Shown: piece by piece, positions 37,651 to 47,994 of the stretch
Numbering within the stretch: position 1 is the stretch's first letter
Layout of the letters: each line of letters begins with the position of its first letter
From: an uncultured Collinsella sp.
Lineage (GTDB): Bacteria; Actinomycetota; Coriobacteriia; Coriobacteriales; Coriobacteriaceae
Reading direction: 5' to 3'
DNA length: 64,000 nt
NCBI GenBank assembly: GCA_900548515.1
Contig: URKU01000003.1
Coordinates: 2,951 to 66,950, forward strand
Program-made: the position numbers and the translations under genes
The notes under the pieces: generated by a model
Seen by the model: the letters and a program-made list of their open reading frames with translations, nothing else
Database searches by the model: none
Told to the model about the DNA's origin: nothing

Positions 37651-38881
37651 ATCCCTTATGAGCGTTGATGCCCGGGGTGTATCCGCCAAACGGGTCCTCG
37701 ATGGAGCACACGCCCGAGGGGGCGAGCGGATCGCGCTTACCGGCCAGCTTGTCGTGATGCATGGTCTCGATATAGGCAAGCACCAGCGGCGCCACACCCT
37801 TTGCATCATTTTTGACCACGGGCTCGCTCATGTAGTAATCAAACGTGCCCTCGCGGTGCGCGGTGTTGCCCAGGCCCGCAACCAGGCAGATGTTGTCGAG
37901 CGCCAGCTGCCCGTCATACTCGGACAGGCAGGTCTCGCAGATGCCGTCGAAGGCGCGACGGCCGTACTGGTAGTAACGCTCGCCCAGCACGCCCAGACGC
38001 ACGCCCTTCATGATGGCATTGGCAAAGATGGCGCTGCCCGACTCCTCCAGGTAGTTGGGGGCGATATTGGGCAGGTTGATGACCTGGTGCCACATGCCGG
38101 TCTTCTCGTCCTGATACGGCAGCATGGCGTCGATCAAATCGTGGAACATCTTGCGGATCTCGTCCTTCTCGGCTGACATCGAAGGCGGCATAAGCTCCCA
38201 GGTGTCGATGAGCGCCATGGCAAACCAGCCCTCGGCGCGCAGCCAGAAGTTAGCCGAAAGACCGGTGACCGGGTCGCACCAGAACTGTTTGCGGCTCGCG
38301 TCGTAAGCGTGATAGTACAGACCGTTGAGGGGGTTGCGCATCAGGTCATGCACGACCTGGAACATATGGAAGCTGTCCGAGCAGGCACGACGGTTGTGGA
38401 AGCTCAGCTCGTACTGCATGTAGAACGGCTGTGCCATGTACATGCCATCGAGCCAAATCTGGTTGGGATAGACGGCCTTGTGCCAAAACACGCCCTCTTT
38501 GGTGCGCGGCTGGGTCTCGAGCTGGCGGTAGATGGTGTCCATGGCGGCACGGTACTTGGGCTTGCCCACCAGGTCATACAGCTTGTAGAGGGTCTTGCCC
38601 GCATTGACGTTATCGAGGTTGTACTCCTGCGGGTTGTAATGCTTGATGGTACCGTCGTCCTGGACAAAGAAATCGATGTAGTCATCGGCGAACGTCAAGT
38701 AGCGCTGCTCACCCGTGATCTCGTACAGCTCGATGAGCGCCTTGATCATGCAGCCGTCGATATAGTTCCAGGTGTTCTCCTTGCCGGCGCGAATCTTTTC
38801 GATGTTCCAAGCCGGCGCCTGCGGCGTAGAGGTTTCGATCAACTGCTCGATATAACGGTCCAGGATTTGATTGCAACCCAT
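37643..38881 (-). CDS. GH105 unsaturated (rhamno)galacturonyl hydrolase (YteR-like)
   Basis: WNYIDG, YNLDNVN, FWHK..YPNQIWLDGMYM and FWLRAEGW motifs. Confidence 0.9.
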   Translation of the reverse strand: MGCNQILDRYIEQLIETSTPQAPAWNIEKIRAGKENTWNYIDGCMIKALIELYEITGEQRYLTFADDYIDFFVQDDGTIKHYNPQEYNLDNVNAGKTLYKLYDLVGKPKYRAAMDTIYRQLETQPRTKEGVFWHKAVYPNQIWLDGMYMAQPFYMQYELSFHNRRACSDSFHMFQVVHDLMRNPLNGLYYHAYDASRKQFWCDPVTGLSANFWLRAEGWFAMALIDTWELMPPSMSAEKDEIRKMFHDLIDAMLPYQDEKTGMWHQVINLPNIAPNYLEESGSAIFANAIMKGVRLGVLGERYYQYGRRAFDGICETCLSEYDGQLALDNICLVAGLGNTAHREGTFDYYMSEPVVKNDAKGVAPLVLAYIETMHHDKLAGKRDPLAPSGVCSIEDPFGGYTPGINAHKGCE

Positions 38882-38908
38882 TGCTGTCCCCTCTGACATA
38901 AACGATAG

Positions 38909-38973
38909 GTGAACGTTACCCCTAGTGTAACGCGAACGGGGAATATAGGGTGAACGTTAACCCTATATTCCCC
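38909..38973. promoter_or_regulatory. Two GTGAACGTT operators, the second inside a 36-bp palindrome
   Basis: gtgaacgttacc (38909); ggggaatatagggtgaacgttaaccctatattcccc (38938-38973). Confidence 0.7.
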
Positions 38974-38988
38974 GCAAACGGCAGACTT

Positions 38989-39657
38989 TTAGCGGCAAAC
39001 GGCGGTGAGACCCGCGGCGATGCGATGCGCCAGGCGCTCATAGCCGGCAGGACTGTAATGCAGACCGTCCGGCATATAGAGCTCGCGGTGCTCCGGCAAA
39101 AACGGGCTGATACCGCTTTGCGCATACAGGTCAATCACCGGCACGGAGTAGCGGTCGCAAACCTCGAGCATCGCTCGCACGTAGGCGACCTGCGTCAACC
39201 CCAGGTGGTTGAGCTCGTCGCTTGCCGGGATATCCTTCTCGTGCTTGCCGCTCGTCTTGCACGGCGTCATAAACACAAGCTTTGCCTGGGGCGAGCGCGC
39301 CGTGATGGTACGGATCAGGTAATCGAGTGCACCATAGAACTCATGTACGTCCGTGCTGCCGAGCTCTCCAAGCGGCACGTTGCGGCTAAAGTCGTTGACG
39401 CCGCCAAAGACGATGTAGATATCGGCCGCATCGTCGATACCGTCAAGGCGCTCGACAAACGAATCGGTACGGTCGGCCTTGATGGCGATACGCGAACCCT
39501 TGATGCCAAAGTTCTCGACGACCGCGCCTCCCAGCAACGCGCCCAGATGCGAAGTCCAAGAGATGTCGTTGCCGCCTGCGCCGCATCCGTTATCGCCCCA
39601 TGTGGTCGAATCGCCAAAGCAGCAAATGGTCGATTCACTCAAACTCTTCGTTTCCAT
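38989..39657 (-). CDS. SGNH/GDSL-family esterase
   Basis: FGDSTT, GGVND and DGLH catalytic blocks. Confidence 0.88.
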   Translation of the reverse strand: METKSLSESTICCFGDSTTWGDNGCGAGGNDISWTSHLGALLGGAVVENFGIKGSRIAIKADRTDSFVERLDGIDDAADIYIVFGGVNDFSRNVPLGELGSTDVHEFYGALDYLIRTITARSPQAKLVFMTPCKTSGKHEKDIPASDELNHLGLTQVAYVRAMLEVCDRYSVPVIDLYAQSGISPFLPEHRELYMPDGLHYSPAGYERLAHRIAAGLTAVCR

Positions 39658-39726
39658 AATCTTCTCCTCATCCGCCCATCGGCGGTCATACAGGAACGTA
39701 CCGTTTATTCGCAGCATGCCGAGGGG

Positions 39727-41892
39727 CTATGCACGGGCGCATTCCGCAACGTGCGAATCGAGCCATTCGATATCCTCGGCAAGATGTGCCACGCCCAGAT
39801 GGTGTTCACCCGGACACACCTCGTGCCGCAGGCCATCTCTGCGGCTCAGCAACTTGTAGGCATCGCGCACGATCTCGAGCTGCTCGTCAACATTTTTCAG
39901 CCCGCGCGAACCGTTCAGATGATCCTCTTCGCAGCTTTGCACCAGCAGCGGATGCGGCGCGATGAGCGAGGCAATATCGCCCATGTCGAGTAAGCGCCAA
40001 AGTCCGGGTGTGTAGTTGCAGCTGCAATTGCCATTGAGATGCAGCAGCGAATCGTCGACACCGTACAGATAGCCCGAGACAAACGCCTTGCGCACACGCG
40101 GGTCGAGTGCGGCCAGGTACAACGTCATGTAGCCGCCACCCGAAAAACCAAAGCAACCCAGGTCATCCATGGCAATGTCGCCGCGCGCCTCCAAGTAATC
40201 GATCAAGCGCATGTTGTCCCAGACGTTGAGGCCCGCAACCGTAAGACCCAGCGGCTCGGCCATACGTGCTTGATTCAGACACGTACCGCGCAGGTAGCTG
40301 TTCTCGTCATCGCCCTGGCCCTTCCAGTCACGACGGTATCCCCAACCGCGTGCGTCGGGGCAGACGGTCACGTAACCCATACGCGCCAAACGCAGACCGT
40401 AGTCGTAATTGAACTTACGCACGGCATCATCGACCGCCGGCACGCCCGCAACACCGGCTACGCTTGCAGCACCCGCTCCCTGATGGCCATGCGGGCAGAT
40501 ATAGCAACACTTGCGGCCGCACGCATCGAGCTTAGGCGACTGCGGCTCGAGCAGGTAGAACGGCATCCAAACGTCGCGCTCCACCTGCAGCATCGCATGG
40601 GTGCGCACGATGCCGCCGGCAACCCGCACGCGGCTGAGCTCACGAATCTCAATCGGGACGCGGTCCATAAGCGAAAGGCCCAAAACATCGTACAGACGAG
40701 TCCTGGTCGCAATCTTCCACGCCTCAAAATCTGCAGGAGTCTTGCCCGTAAAAGCAGCCGAACGTCCCTCGCGCTTCAGCCGGGCACGCAGCGCAGGCTC
40801 GTCTTCGCAGTACGTCTCGATGTGCACGGTGCGGCCATTGGCAGATAGCCCAGCCGTCTCAACCGCATCACCGTCGCCGCCCTCGGGATCCCAGCCATCC
40901 CCACCGGCAAGCACCTGCTCGCGAGCGTACCCGACGGCAGCCATCACATCGAGTTTATTTGCCCACGGCACCCAGTCGGTAGTATCACCCGCCGGCCCAT
41001 GCAGGATTGCGCCAGCATACTGCGCGCAGCTGTGCGCCGCCGGCTTATTCCAATCCCACCAGCCTTCGCGCTTGATATGTCGCCCCAGCCAGCAATCGAT
41101 CAGCGCAGTTTGCGCCCATTCGCGCCAAGGACGGCCCAGGTAGACCGAATCCGGCGCCACGCCATCCGGAGCTGTAAACGAACAACCATGAAACACAAAT
41201 CCGTACGGCTCGCCTTTAGGCGTGGAGGCTGCCGTTACATACCCGTTGACATCCATATCGCGGTTGAGCGAGCGAATCTCGCACCCCTCAAAGTAGGCAC
41301 GCGCGCCGCCAAAGATAAAGTCGACATCGCCCTCGATCCGGCAACGTCGGAAATATTGGCGCCCCACCCGGCGCGGCGCATACTGTTTGGGTCCTATGAA
41401 CCCGCCCGGTTTGACCTCATGCGGCGGCAGCGGACCCAAAAACAGTGTGTCCTGGTGCCCCTTAATGCAGCAGGCATCGACAACCAGACGGTCGCCATCG
41501 GCATACAGGGCAATCGCCTGACCGACCTCGCGCCCATCGCCGGCATCATTTACGATCGTTAGGTTCTCGAGCCGCACGTCGTCGGCATCGACCAAAACGG
41601 TATAGGTCCTAAACGTGCCGAGCGTGCCGTCCGCGCCCGAGCCGTCCTCCGAAGGCATCTTGGCACCCAGGCCGCCCATGATACGCACGCTATCGGCCGT
41701 CTCTCCCTCAATCGTCACATGCGGGCGACGAATCTCGACCCGCTCGCGGTACTCACCCGGCTCGACGCGAATCATCACCGGTTGCTCGGCATCCGGATAG
41801 AGCTGATCGGCTGCCGCCAAGGCATCGGAAATCGTTGGATACGCTCCTGCCGCAGCCCTCGAAACGCGCAGCGTATAGATACTTTCGCTCAT
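39727..41892 (-). CDS. Pectin methylesterase (CE8) fused to a C-terminal alpha/beta hydrolase
   Basis: CE8 motifs GEYRE, QAIAL, QDTL, DFIFG and LGRPW; then PHGH, GFSGGG and distal D/H residues. Confidence 0.88.
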   Translation of the reverse strand: MSESIYTLRVSRAAAGAYPTISDALAAADQLYPDAEQPVMIRVEPGEYRERVEIRRPHVTIEGETADSVRIMGGLGAKMPSEDGSGADGTLGTFRTYTVLVDADDVRLENLTIVNDAGDGREVGQAIALYADGDRLVVDACCIKGHQDTLFLGPLPPHEVKPGGFIGPKQYAPRRVGRQYFRRCRIEGDVDFIFGGARAYFEGCEIRSLNRDMDVNGYVTAASTPKGEPYGFVFHGCSFTAPDGVAPDSVYLGRPWREWAQTALIDCWLGRHIKREGWWDWNKPAAHSCAQYAGAILHGPAGDTTDWVPWANKLDVMAAVGYAREQVLAGGDGWDPEGGDGDAVETAGLSANGRTVHIETYCEDEPALRARLKREGRSAAFTGKTPADFEAWKIATRTRLYDVLGLSLMDRVPIEIRELSRVRVAGGIVRTHAMLQVERDVWMPFYLLEPQSPKLDACGRKCCYICPHGHQGAGAASVAGVAGVPAVDDAVRKFNYDYGLRLARMGYVTVCPDARGWGYRRDWKGQGDDENSYLRGTCLNQARMAEPLGLTVAGLNVWDNMRLIDYLEARGDIAMDDLGCFGFSGGGYMTLYLAALDPRVRKAFVSGYLYGVDDSLLHLNGNCSCNYTPGLWRLLDMGDIASLIAPHPLLVQSCEEDHLNGSRGLKNVDEQLEIVRDAYKLLSRRDGLRHEVCPGEHHLGVAHLAEDIEWLDSHVAECARA

Positions 41893-42698
41893 CGTCCATC
41901 ACGCTCCCATGCAACGAACTGTTCAGGCCAGCCCTGAACCTGTGGCTGAATATGCTCGGCGCAGCCCTTAAATGCCGTTTGGTCCGTGGCGAGCGATGCC
42001 CCATGCTTTCCATGCGAAAAGACATGTAGGCTAAAGCCAATCCCGTGGTCGGCAAGAGCCTGCGCAAGAAGGAGGCTATTTTGAACTGGTACCGATGCAT
42101 CCTCGGCGGTATGCCACAAGAACGTACGGGGGAAGCCCTCGCCCACCATATTCTCGATCGACAACTTTTGAGCCAAAGCGCCATCGGCACCCGTTAGGTG
42201 TTCAAATGAACCACGATGAGCATAGGCCCCCGAGCTTACGACCGGATAGCCCAAGCAAAGTGTGTCAGGCCGAATCGACTCAGGCGACGCCGCAATCGAC
42301 TCTGCAAGCCAAGGTTGGTCCCAAAGCGCCCCGAGCAAGCCAGCTAGATGCCCACCGGCCGAAAAACCCATGACCGTAATCCGATCAGGATCGACACAGT
42401 ACTCTGCCGCATGGCTTCGGACGGTATCGACCGCCCGCGCGAGTTCTTGCAATGCCAGCGGATAGACAGCCGGAGCAACCGAATAGTTCAGTACAAACGC
42501 TTGGTAGCCCATCGCCAACAAACGGAGCGCTACCGGCTCGCCTTCGCGCGGCGAAACGTGATCGTAGCCGCCTCCTGGCACGACCACAACTGCAGGCAGC
42601 GGTTTTAAAGCATAAGCATCTTCGGTCGGGGCAAAAACATAAGACGTAATCGTGGCAGACGAGCCATCGACCCCGACAGGAATCGTTTTATTGAGCAT
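41889..42698 (-). CDS. Alpha/beta-hydrolase carboxylesterase (possible carbohydrate acetyl/feruloyl esterase)
   Basis: PGGGY, GFSAGG, D..VP and HG motifs. Confidence 0.85.
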   Translation of the reverse strand: MLNKTIPVGVDGSSATITSYVFAPTEDAYALKPLPAVVVVPGGGYDHVSPREGEPVALRLLAMGYQAFVLNYSVAPAVYPLALQELARAVDTVRSHAAEYCVDPDRITVMGFSAGGHLAGLLGALWDQPWLAESIAASPESIRPDTLCLGYPVVSSGAYAHRGSFEHLTGADGALAQKLSIENMVGEGFPRTFLWHTAEDASVPVQNSLLLAQALADHGIGFSLHVFSHGKHGASLATDQTAFKGCAEHIQPQVQGWPEQFVAWERDGR

Positions 42699-42802
42699 GT
42701 ATTCCCTTTCACCATGATGCGTAGCGCAGCGCACACGGCCGTATCGCACAAGGGCTGCATTGCCGATTTATCCGACAATGCAGCCCTGGTCATCAACCCG
42801 AG

Positions 42803-44398
42803 TTAGGAGCGGACAACCTTGTCGACGTTCTGGAGCTGCAGCTCCTCGCCGTCCTGGCCCTCGATCACCACATTTTGCAGGTCGAGCACCTTGACGTTTT
42901 GCGCAATGATGCCCTGACGCACCATGGGCTCAACGCCGCAGGCCATGGCCGGAACAAAGGGCTCAGCATCATCGGCAAAGGTCACGTGGACATCCTGGAA
43001 CGTCAGGCGCGTCACCTTGCTCTCGGGCAGACCCGTGATATAGGCCGCGGCAGCATGGCAGTTGGTGGCCTCGATATCGCAAAACGTCGTGGCACCAAAG
43101 CCGGGCGTGCGGTCGTCGACAGGCAAAGCCTCGCGAGACTGCGCGTAATCGGTCTTGCCGTCCTTGTCACAGAAGTAGAACGAATTGACCACGAAGGGCG
43201 TGAGCACCTCGTCCATGCGAATGTGCTCGAAGGTGATGCCCTCGTTGACGGCATCCTTGCCGCGTCCACGGCGGGTCTTGACGCGCAGGCCACGGTCAGT
43301 GCGCTCAAAGAGGCACTTGCTCACGGTAAGGTCCTTGATGCCGCCGGCAGCCTCTGAACCCAGGACCACGGCGCCGTGACCATCGTGCATGTAGCAGTGA
43401 GAGATCAGCACGTCGTGCGTGGCGGGACGAAGCTCGGGCTCAATGCCCAGCTTGCCGCTCTTGACGGCGATGCAGTCGTCACCCACTGAGAACTGACAAC
43501 CAAGGATGCGAACAAAACCGCAGCTCTCGGGATCGAAGCCGTCGGTGTTGTGGGAGTTCTTGGGACCCTCGATGGACAGGCAGAGCGCATCGACGTGCTC
43601 GCACAGGACGGGGTGGATGTTCCACGCCGGGCTGTTGCGGACAGTGAAGCCGGCCAAGCTCACGTTCTCACACTCGGATAGGAAGATCATGCGCGGGCGG
43701 GCGACCTCGCGGCCCTCCTCCGGGCGAAAGATGTTCTTAAAGTCCTTGTTCCACCAGTTGTCCTCGGCAAAATCGGTCTGACCGTCGATGGCACCACGAC
43801 CATAGATGCACACGTCGTGCACGCTCAGACCCGTAAAAGTAGAGCAGTAGGTCGAGAAGCTCTCGCCCTCCCAGCGGCCCAGGGGCAGCATATCGGTGCC
43901 GGCATACCCGACGCCCTCGTCGCCCTTGACCGTACCGGGGATATAGGCAAGCGCCGCACGATCGTGGCGAGCCAGCAGCACCGCCCCCTCGGCGAGCTCG
44001 ATGTTGATATTGCTCTTAAGGAAGAGGGACTTGATGCGATAACTACCGACGGGGATCAGCACGCGCCCGCCCTTGGGGCAGGCCATGATGGCAGCCTGGA
44101 TGTTGGTGGTGTCGTCGTGCTCGGCATCGCCCTTGGCGCCACAGTCGCGAACGTTGATGGTAAAGGGCTCAGCCGGCGTGGTGACACCTACGCTCAGCTC
44201 ACGCTCGCCACAAACAAAACGAACCAGGTTGCGCTTGCCGGGGATCAGGCCGTCGACATAGGTCTCGACCGTATTCGTGGTACCGGCGGGCTCGTCGTTG
44301 ACAAAGATCTCCCACGTATCGGCACAGGTAAAGTAGCCGCCGTCGTCAAGCTCGATCACGGCCGCGCGGGCGTTGCGCCAGATAACGTTCGTCTCCAT
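42803..44398 (-). CDS. GH28 polygalacturonase, probably a cytoplasmic exo-acting enzyme
   Basis: NTDG, GDD, GHG and RVKT GH28 motifs; no signal peptide. Confidence 0.92.
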   Translation of the reverse strand: METNVIWRNARAAVIELDDGGYFTCADTWEIFVNDEPAGTTNTVETYVDGLIPGKRNLVRFVCGERELSVGVTTPAEPFTINVRDCGAKGDAEHDDTTNIQAAIMACPKGGRVLIPVGSYRIKSLFLKSNINIELAEGAVLLARHDRAALAYIPGTVKGDEGVGYAGTDMLPLGRWEGESFSTYCSTFTGLSVHDVCIYGRGAIDGQTDFAEDNWWNKDFKNIFRPEEGREVARPRMIFLSECENVSLAGFTVRNSPAWNIHPVLCEHVDALCLSIEGPKNSHNTDGFDPESCGFVRILGCQFSVGDDCIAVKSGKLGIEPELRPATHDVLISHCYMHDGHGAVVLGSEAAGGIKDLTVSKCLFERTDRGLRVKTRRGRGKDAVNEGITFEHIRMDEVLTPFVVNSFYFCDKDGKTDYAQSREALPVDDRTPGFGATTFCDIEATNCHAAAAYITGLPESKVTRLTFQDVHVTFADDAEPFVPAMACGVEPMVRQGIIAQNVKVLDLQNVVIEGQDGEELQLQNVDKVVRS

Positions 44399-44513
44399 GG
44401 ATTTCTCCCTCAAAAAGATGCTCTAAAGGCAAATTGTACGCTGTTAAAAAAGGGCCGTGCCTGCCGGCGGAATTCCGGTGGCACGGCCCTGTGATTTGGA
44501 CGATATGTCGGCC

Positions 44514-46073
44514 TTACTCGGCGGGGGTTACGCTACCGTCCTGGAAGCCAACGTTGTTGTGGGCAAAGCAGTCCTCGTACTTAAAGCCGGAGAGCTCCTC
44601 GCAAAGCGCCTTGACCTCGGGCTTGACGTCGGCCATCTTGCCACCCTCCTTGACGCGGTGAATCTCGTCGCAAAGGATGTCGCACTGCTCCTTGTCGATC
44701 TTGATGCCGCGGGCAAGGACGGCCGCAAGCAGGAAGAAGCCGGCGCAGCCGATGATCATGTAGCCGCAGATATACAGAGGCACGGTAGCGGGCTGGGTCA
44801 CGGCGTCGCTATTGCCGGCGGTCTGAATGAAGCCGGAGGCAGCAAGGACGATAGCCCACACGTTGACGGCGATAGCCTGGGCGATCTGCTGGCAGAGCTG
44901 CTGCGCGGAGCTGTAGATGCCCTCGCGACGACGCAGGGTGATGAGTTCATCGACATCGGGGATGTAGTTGAGCAGAACATCGGGCAGGTACTGGAAGCCG
45001 ACGTAGAAGAACTTCCAGATGGCGAAGATGATGGGGTAGGCGATCATGGCGATGGCGACCGTGGAGGTGCCGTTGATCTGACCAAAGGCGAAGTAGTTGT
45101 AGGCAATGATGCACGCAGCGCAACCGGCATTTGCGAGGTACCAAGACTTGTGGAAGCCCTTCTTGGCCATGAGGGCGACCCAGATGGCGGTGCAGACGAT
45201 AGCGACGACCTTGCCAGGCATCTCCATCACGGACTCGTAGGACTTAGGAATCTGCAGGCAGTAGACGATGAAGAAGGACAGGCAGGCAGACCAGCAGGCA
45301 GCAGCAAGCTTCGTGGAGACCTGTGCATACAGGACCTTGCGGAAGGACTTGTTGCGGAAGGTGGAGATAACGTCGATGAAGAACTTCTTGATGCCCTCGC
45401 CGACGCTCTCGATCTTCTCCTGAGCGACCTCCTCGGGGGTGTGCTCCCACGTGGACAGGTACACGCAGAGCAGCGAGATTGCCATGACCGAAGCGTTGAT
45501 CGTAGCGATGATGAAGTAGCTAAACGGGTTGGTCTCGCCGAAGGTGCCAAAGCCAAAGCCGACGAGTGCTGCCATCAGGAAGCCGGCGGCGTTACCAAAG
45601 AGATGCTTGTAGCCGGTAAGGTACGTACGCTCCTTAAAGTCGTCGGTCATCTCGATGGTAAGCGGCGACAGGTTGGCGGTGCAGAACGTGTACGCGACGT
45701 TGTAGATCAGGTACAGCACAAAGTAGTACGGGAAGCCAAACGGCGTAGCCACGAAGATGAGCGGCTCGGCGATCATCATCGGGATGGCCAGCAAGATCCA
45801 GAAACGACGACGACCAAAGATGCGGCCAATCTTGGTGGCATAGAAGTTATCGGCCACAAAGCCCATCAGCGGGCAAAGAATGGCGTTGACATAGATGGCA
45901 AACGAGCTGATCAGTGCAGCCTCGCCTGCGGACAGGCCACACTCCGTGGACAGGAACAGCACCATGTAGCTGTGCGTAAAGGTCAGGGCACCGGAATTGA
46001 GCATACCGCCCATACCAAAGCCCAAGCGCGTCCAGAATGTGATCTTACGCTTTTTTCCGATCTTATTAGTCAT
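44514..46073 (-). CDS. GPH/MFS sugar:cation symporter, TogT-like oligogalacturonide importer
   Basis: About 12 TM helices; FGRRRFW and PDVDELITLRRREGIY motifs. Confidence 0.85.
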   Translation of the reverse strand: MTNKIGKKRKITFWTRLGFGMGGMLNSGALTFTHSYMVLFLSTECGLSAGEAALISSFAIYVNAILCPLMGFVADNFYATKIGRIFGRRRFWILLAIPMMIAEPLIFVATPFGFPYYFVLYLIYNVAYTFCTANLSPLTIEMTDDFKERTYLTGYKHLFGNAAGFLMAALVGFGFGTFGETNPFSYFIIATINASVMAISLLCVYLSTWEHTPEEVAQEKIESVGEGIKKFFIDVISTFRNKSFRKVLYAQVSTKLAAACWSACLSFFIVYCLQIPKSYESVMEMPGKVVAIVCTAIWVALMAKKGFHKSWYLANAGCAACIIAYNYFAFGQINGTSTVAIAMIAYPIIFAIWKFFYVGFQYLPDVLLNYIPDVDELITLRRREGIYSSAQQLCQQIAQAIAVNVWAIVLAASGFIQTAGNSDAVTQPATVPLYICGYMIIGCAGFFLLAAVLARGIKIDKEQCDILCDEIHRVKEGGKMADVKPEVKALCEELSGFKYEDCFAHNNVGFQDGSVTPAE

Positions 46074-46152
46074 CGAGCTCCCTCTCTTTTCTCGATTGTC
46101 TTGTAACAAGACAGTTGAGTCCACACTGACATCTGTCTGCCCAGCGTTCAGG

Positions 46153-46325
46153 GTGAACGTTTAGTTAGATTATGCGCGATTGCTTACGACAGGTGAACGT
46201 TCACTTGAATAATATCCTTGAACGGTCGATTTTTACCGCTGAACGGACACAATTGAGATCCTCACACCTATTTTCTGCTGGTAAAGGTGCCATGCTGGAC
46301 AGCCATGAGATAGGTGAACGTTTAT
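46153..46325. promoter_or_regulatory. Three GTGAACGTT operators upstream of the transporter-GH28 operon
   Basis: Sites at 46153, 46193 (perfect) and 46314. Confidence 0.7.
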
Positions 46326-46428
46326 CAGACATACCAACATATTCACTTAACCATGAAACGAAAAGGCCCCGCCGGGAACACTCCCGATGGGGCCGATGAC
46401 ATCTCGCTATGCTTGGGCGCACTTGCCG

Positions 46429-47913
46429 CTACAAGCAGACGCCGTCCTTCCAGATACTGATCTCGTGACAGCCACGGCGCTCAGCACTCGTGAGCTTACC
46501 GCTCGCCGTCTCCAGCACCAGCTGGTACAGATCGTGGGCAGCCTCGTCGAGCGTGCGCTCACCCGTGGCAATCACGCCAGCGTTAAAGTCCATCCAGTTG
46601 GCCTTGTGGTCGCACAAACGCTGATTGGTGAACACCTTGAGGGTAGGCGCCGGCGCGCCAAACGGTGTGCCGCGGCCGGTCGAGAACAGAATCACGTGGC
46701 AGCCGGCAGCCGTCAGGGCCGTGGTGGATACCATGTCGTTGCCCGGACCGCACAGCATGTTCAGGCCGTGTTTATTTGCCTGGCCGGCATACGGCAGCAC
46801 GTCGACGATGGGGGCAGATCCGCCCTTTTGCACGCAGCCGCAGCTCTTGTCCTCGAGCGTGGTAATACCGCCGTCCTTGTTGCCGGGACTCGGGTTCTCA
46901 TAAACGACCTCGCCGTGGCTAATAAAGTAGTCCTTAAATCCATTGAGCATGTCGGAGGCAGCGTTAAAGACCTGCTCGTTCTCGCAACGGTCGAGCAGGA
47001 TGCTCTCCGCGCCAAACATCTCGGGCACCTCGGTAAGCACCGACGTGCCGCCACGGGCGACGACCATATCGCTCACGCGACCGATCGTGGGGTTGGCGGT
47101 AATGCCCGAAAGACCGTCGGAGCCGCCACACTTAAGACCAATGACCAGCTCGGAGGCCGGAATGGGCTCGCGCTTGGACTGCTTTGCCAGGTCTGCCAGC
47201 TCGGCCAGAATCTTGTGGCCCTCGATTTGCTCGTCGGCTACATCCTGGCAGGTGAGAAAACGAACGCGCTCGTGATCGAAGTCACCGAGCTCGTCGAGCA
47301 CCTGCTGATGCGTGCAGTTCTCGCAACCGAGCGACAGGAACAGCACGCCCGCGGCATTTGCGTGACGCGACAGTGCCACCAGCAGACGACGGGTCTGGGC
47401 ATGGTCGGCGCCGGTCTGCGAGCAACCGAACGGATGCGGGAAGTAGTAGACGCCCTCCAGCGAGCCATCGACCAGATCCTGGGCCTGCTCGCACATGGCA
47501 CGGGCGACTTCGTTGACACAGCCGACCGTGGGGATGATCCACAGCTCGTTGCGCGTCGCGGCACGACCGTCGGCGCGGCGGAACCCCTTAAAGGTCTCGG
47601 GCTCAACCGGCTCAACGACCGGATGTGTGGGGTTGTAGGTATACTCGACCTCGCCCGAAAGGTTGGTCTTCACATTGTGCGTGTGGAGCCACTGACCGGG
47701 CTGGACATCGCCCGTCACATGACCGATAGGAAGGCCGTACTTAATGACGTCCTCGCCGGCGGCAATCGAGCGCACAGCCATCTTGTGGCCTTGCGGAATA
47801 TCCTCTGCGGCCACGACCTCGCCCACCCCGGGAACCGCGACGGCAGTGCCCTTGGCAAGCGGCGACAGCGCAACGATCACGTTATCGGCCGGATTGATCT
47901 GGATAGTATTCAT
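46429..47913 (-). CDS. uxaA: Altronate dehydratase
   Basis: SAF domain (PQGHK, HTHN), PTVGCVN, GCSQ, CGGSD and FSTGRGTP motifs. Confidence 0.93.
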   Translation of the reverse strand: MNTIQINPADNVIVALSPLAKGTAVAVPGVGEVVAAEDIPQGHKMAVRSIAAGEDVIKYGLPIGHVTGDVQPGQWLHTHNVKTNLSGEVEYTYNPTHPVVEPVEPETFKGFRRADGRAATRNELWIIPTVGCVNEVARAMCEQAQDLVDGSLEGVYYFPHPFGCSQTGADHAQTRRLLVALSRHANAAGVLFLSLGCENCTHQQVLDELGDFDHERVRFLTCQDVADEQIEGHKILAELADLAKQSKREPIPASELVIGLKCGGSDGLSGITANPTIGRVSDMVVARGGTSVLTEVPEMFGAESILLDRCENEQVFNAASDMLNGFKDYFISHGEVVYENPSPGNKDGGITTLEDKSCGCVQKGGSAPIVDVLPYAGQANKHGLNMLCGPGNDMVSTTALTAAGCHVILFSTGRGTPFGAPAPTLKVFTNQRLCDHKANWMDFNAGVIATGERTLDEAAHDLYQLVLETASGKLTSAERRGCHEISIWKDGVCL

Positions 47914-47994
47914 TACAAATGGTCCTAACCCTACAGGTTGAGCAGAAGTCGAGACGCGGGCACGCCGTCCCGCGCCCGCGTCTGCGCCGGAAAT

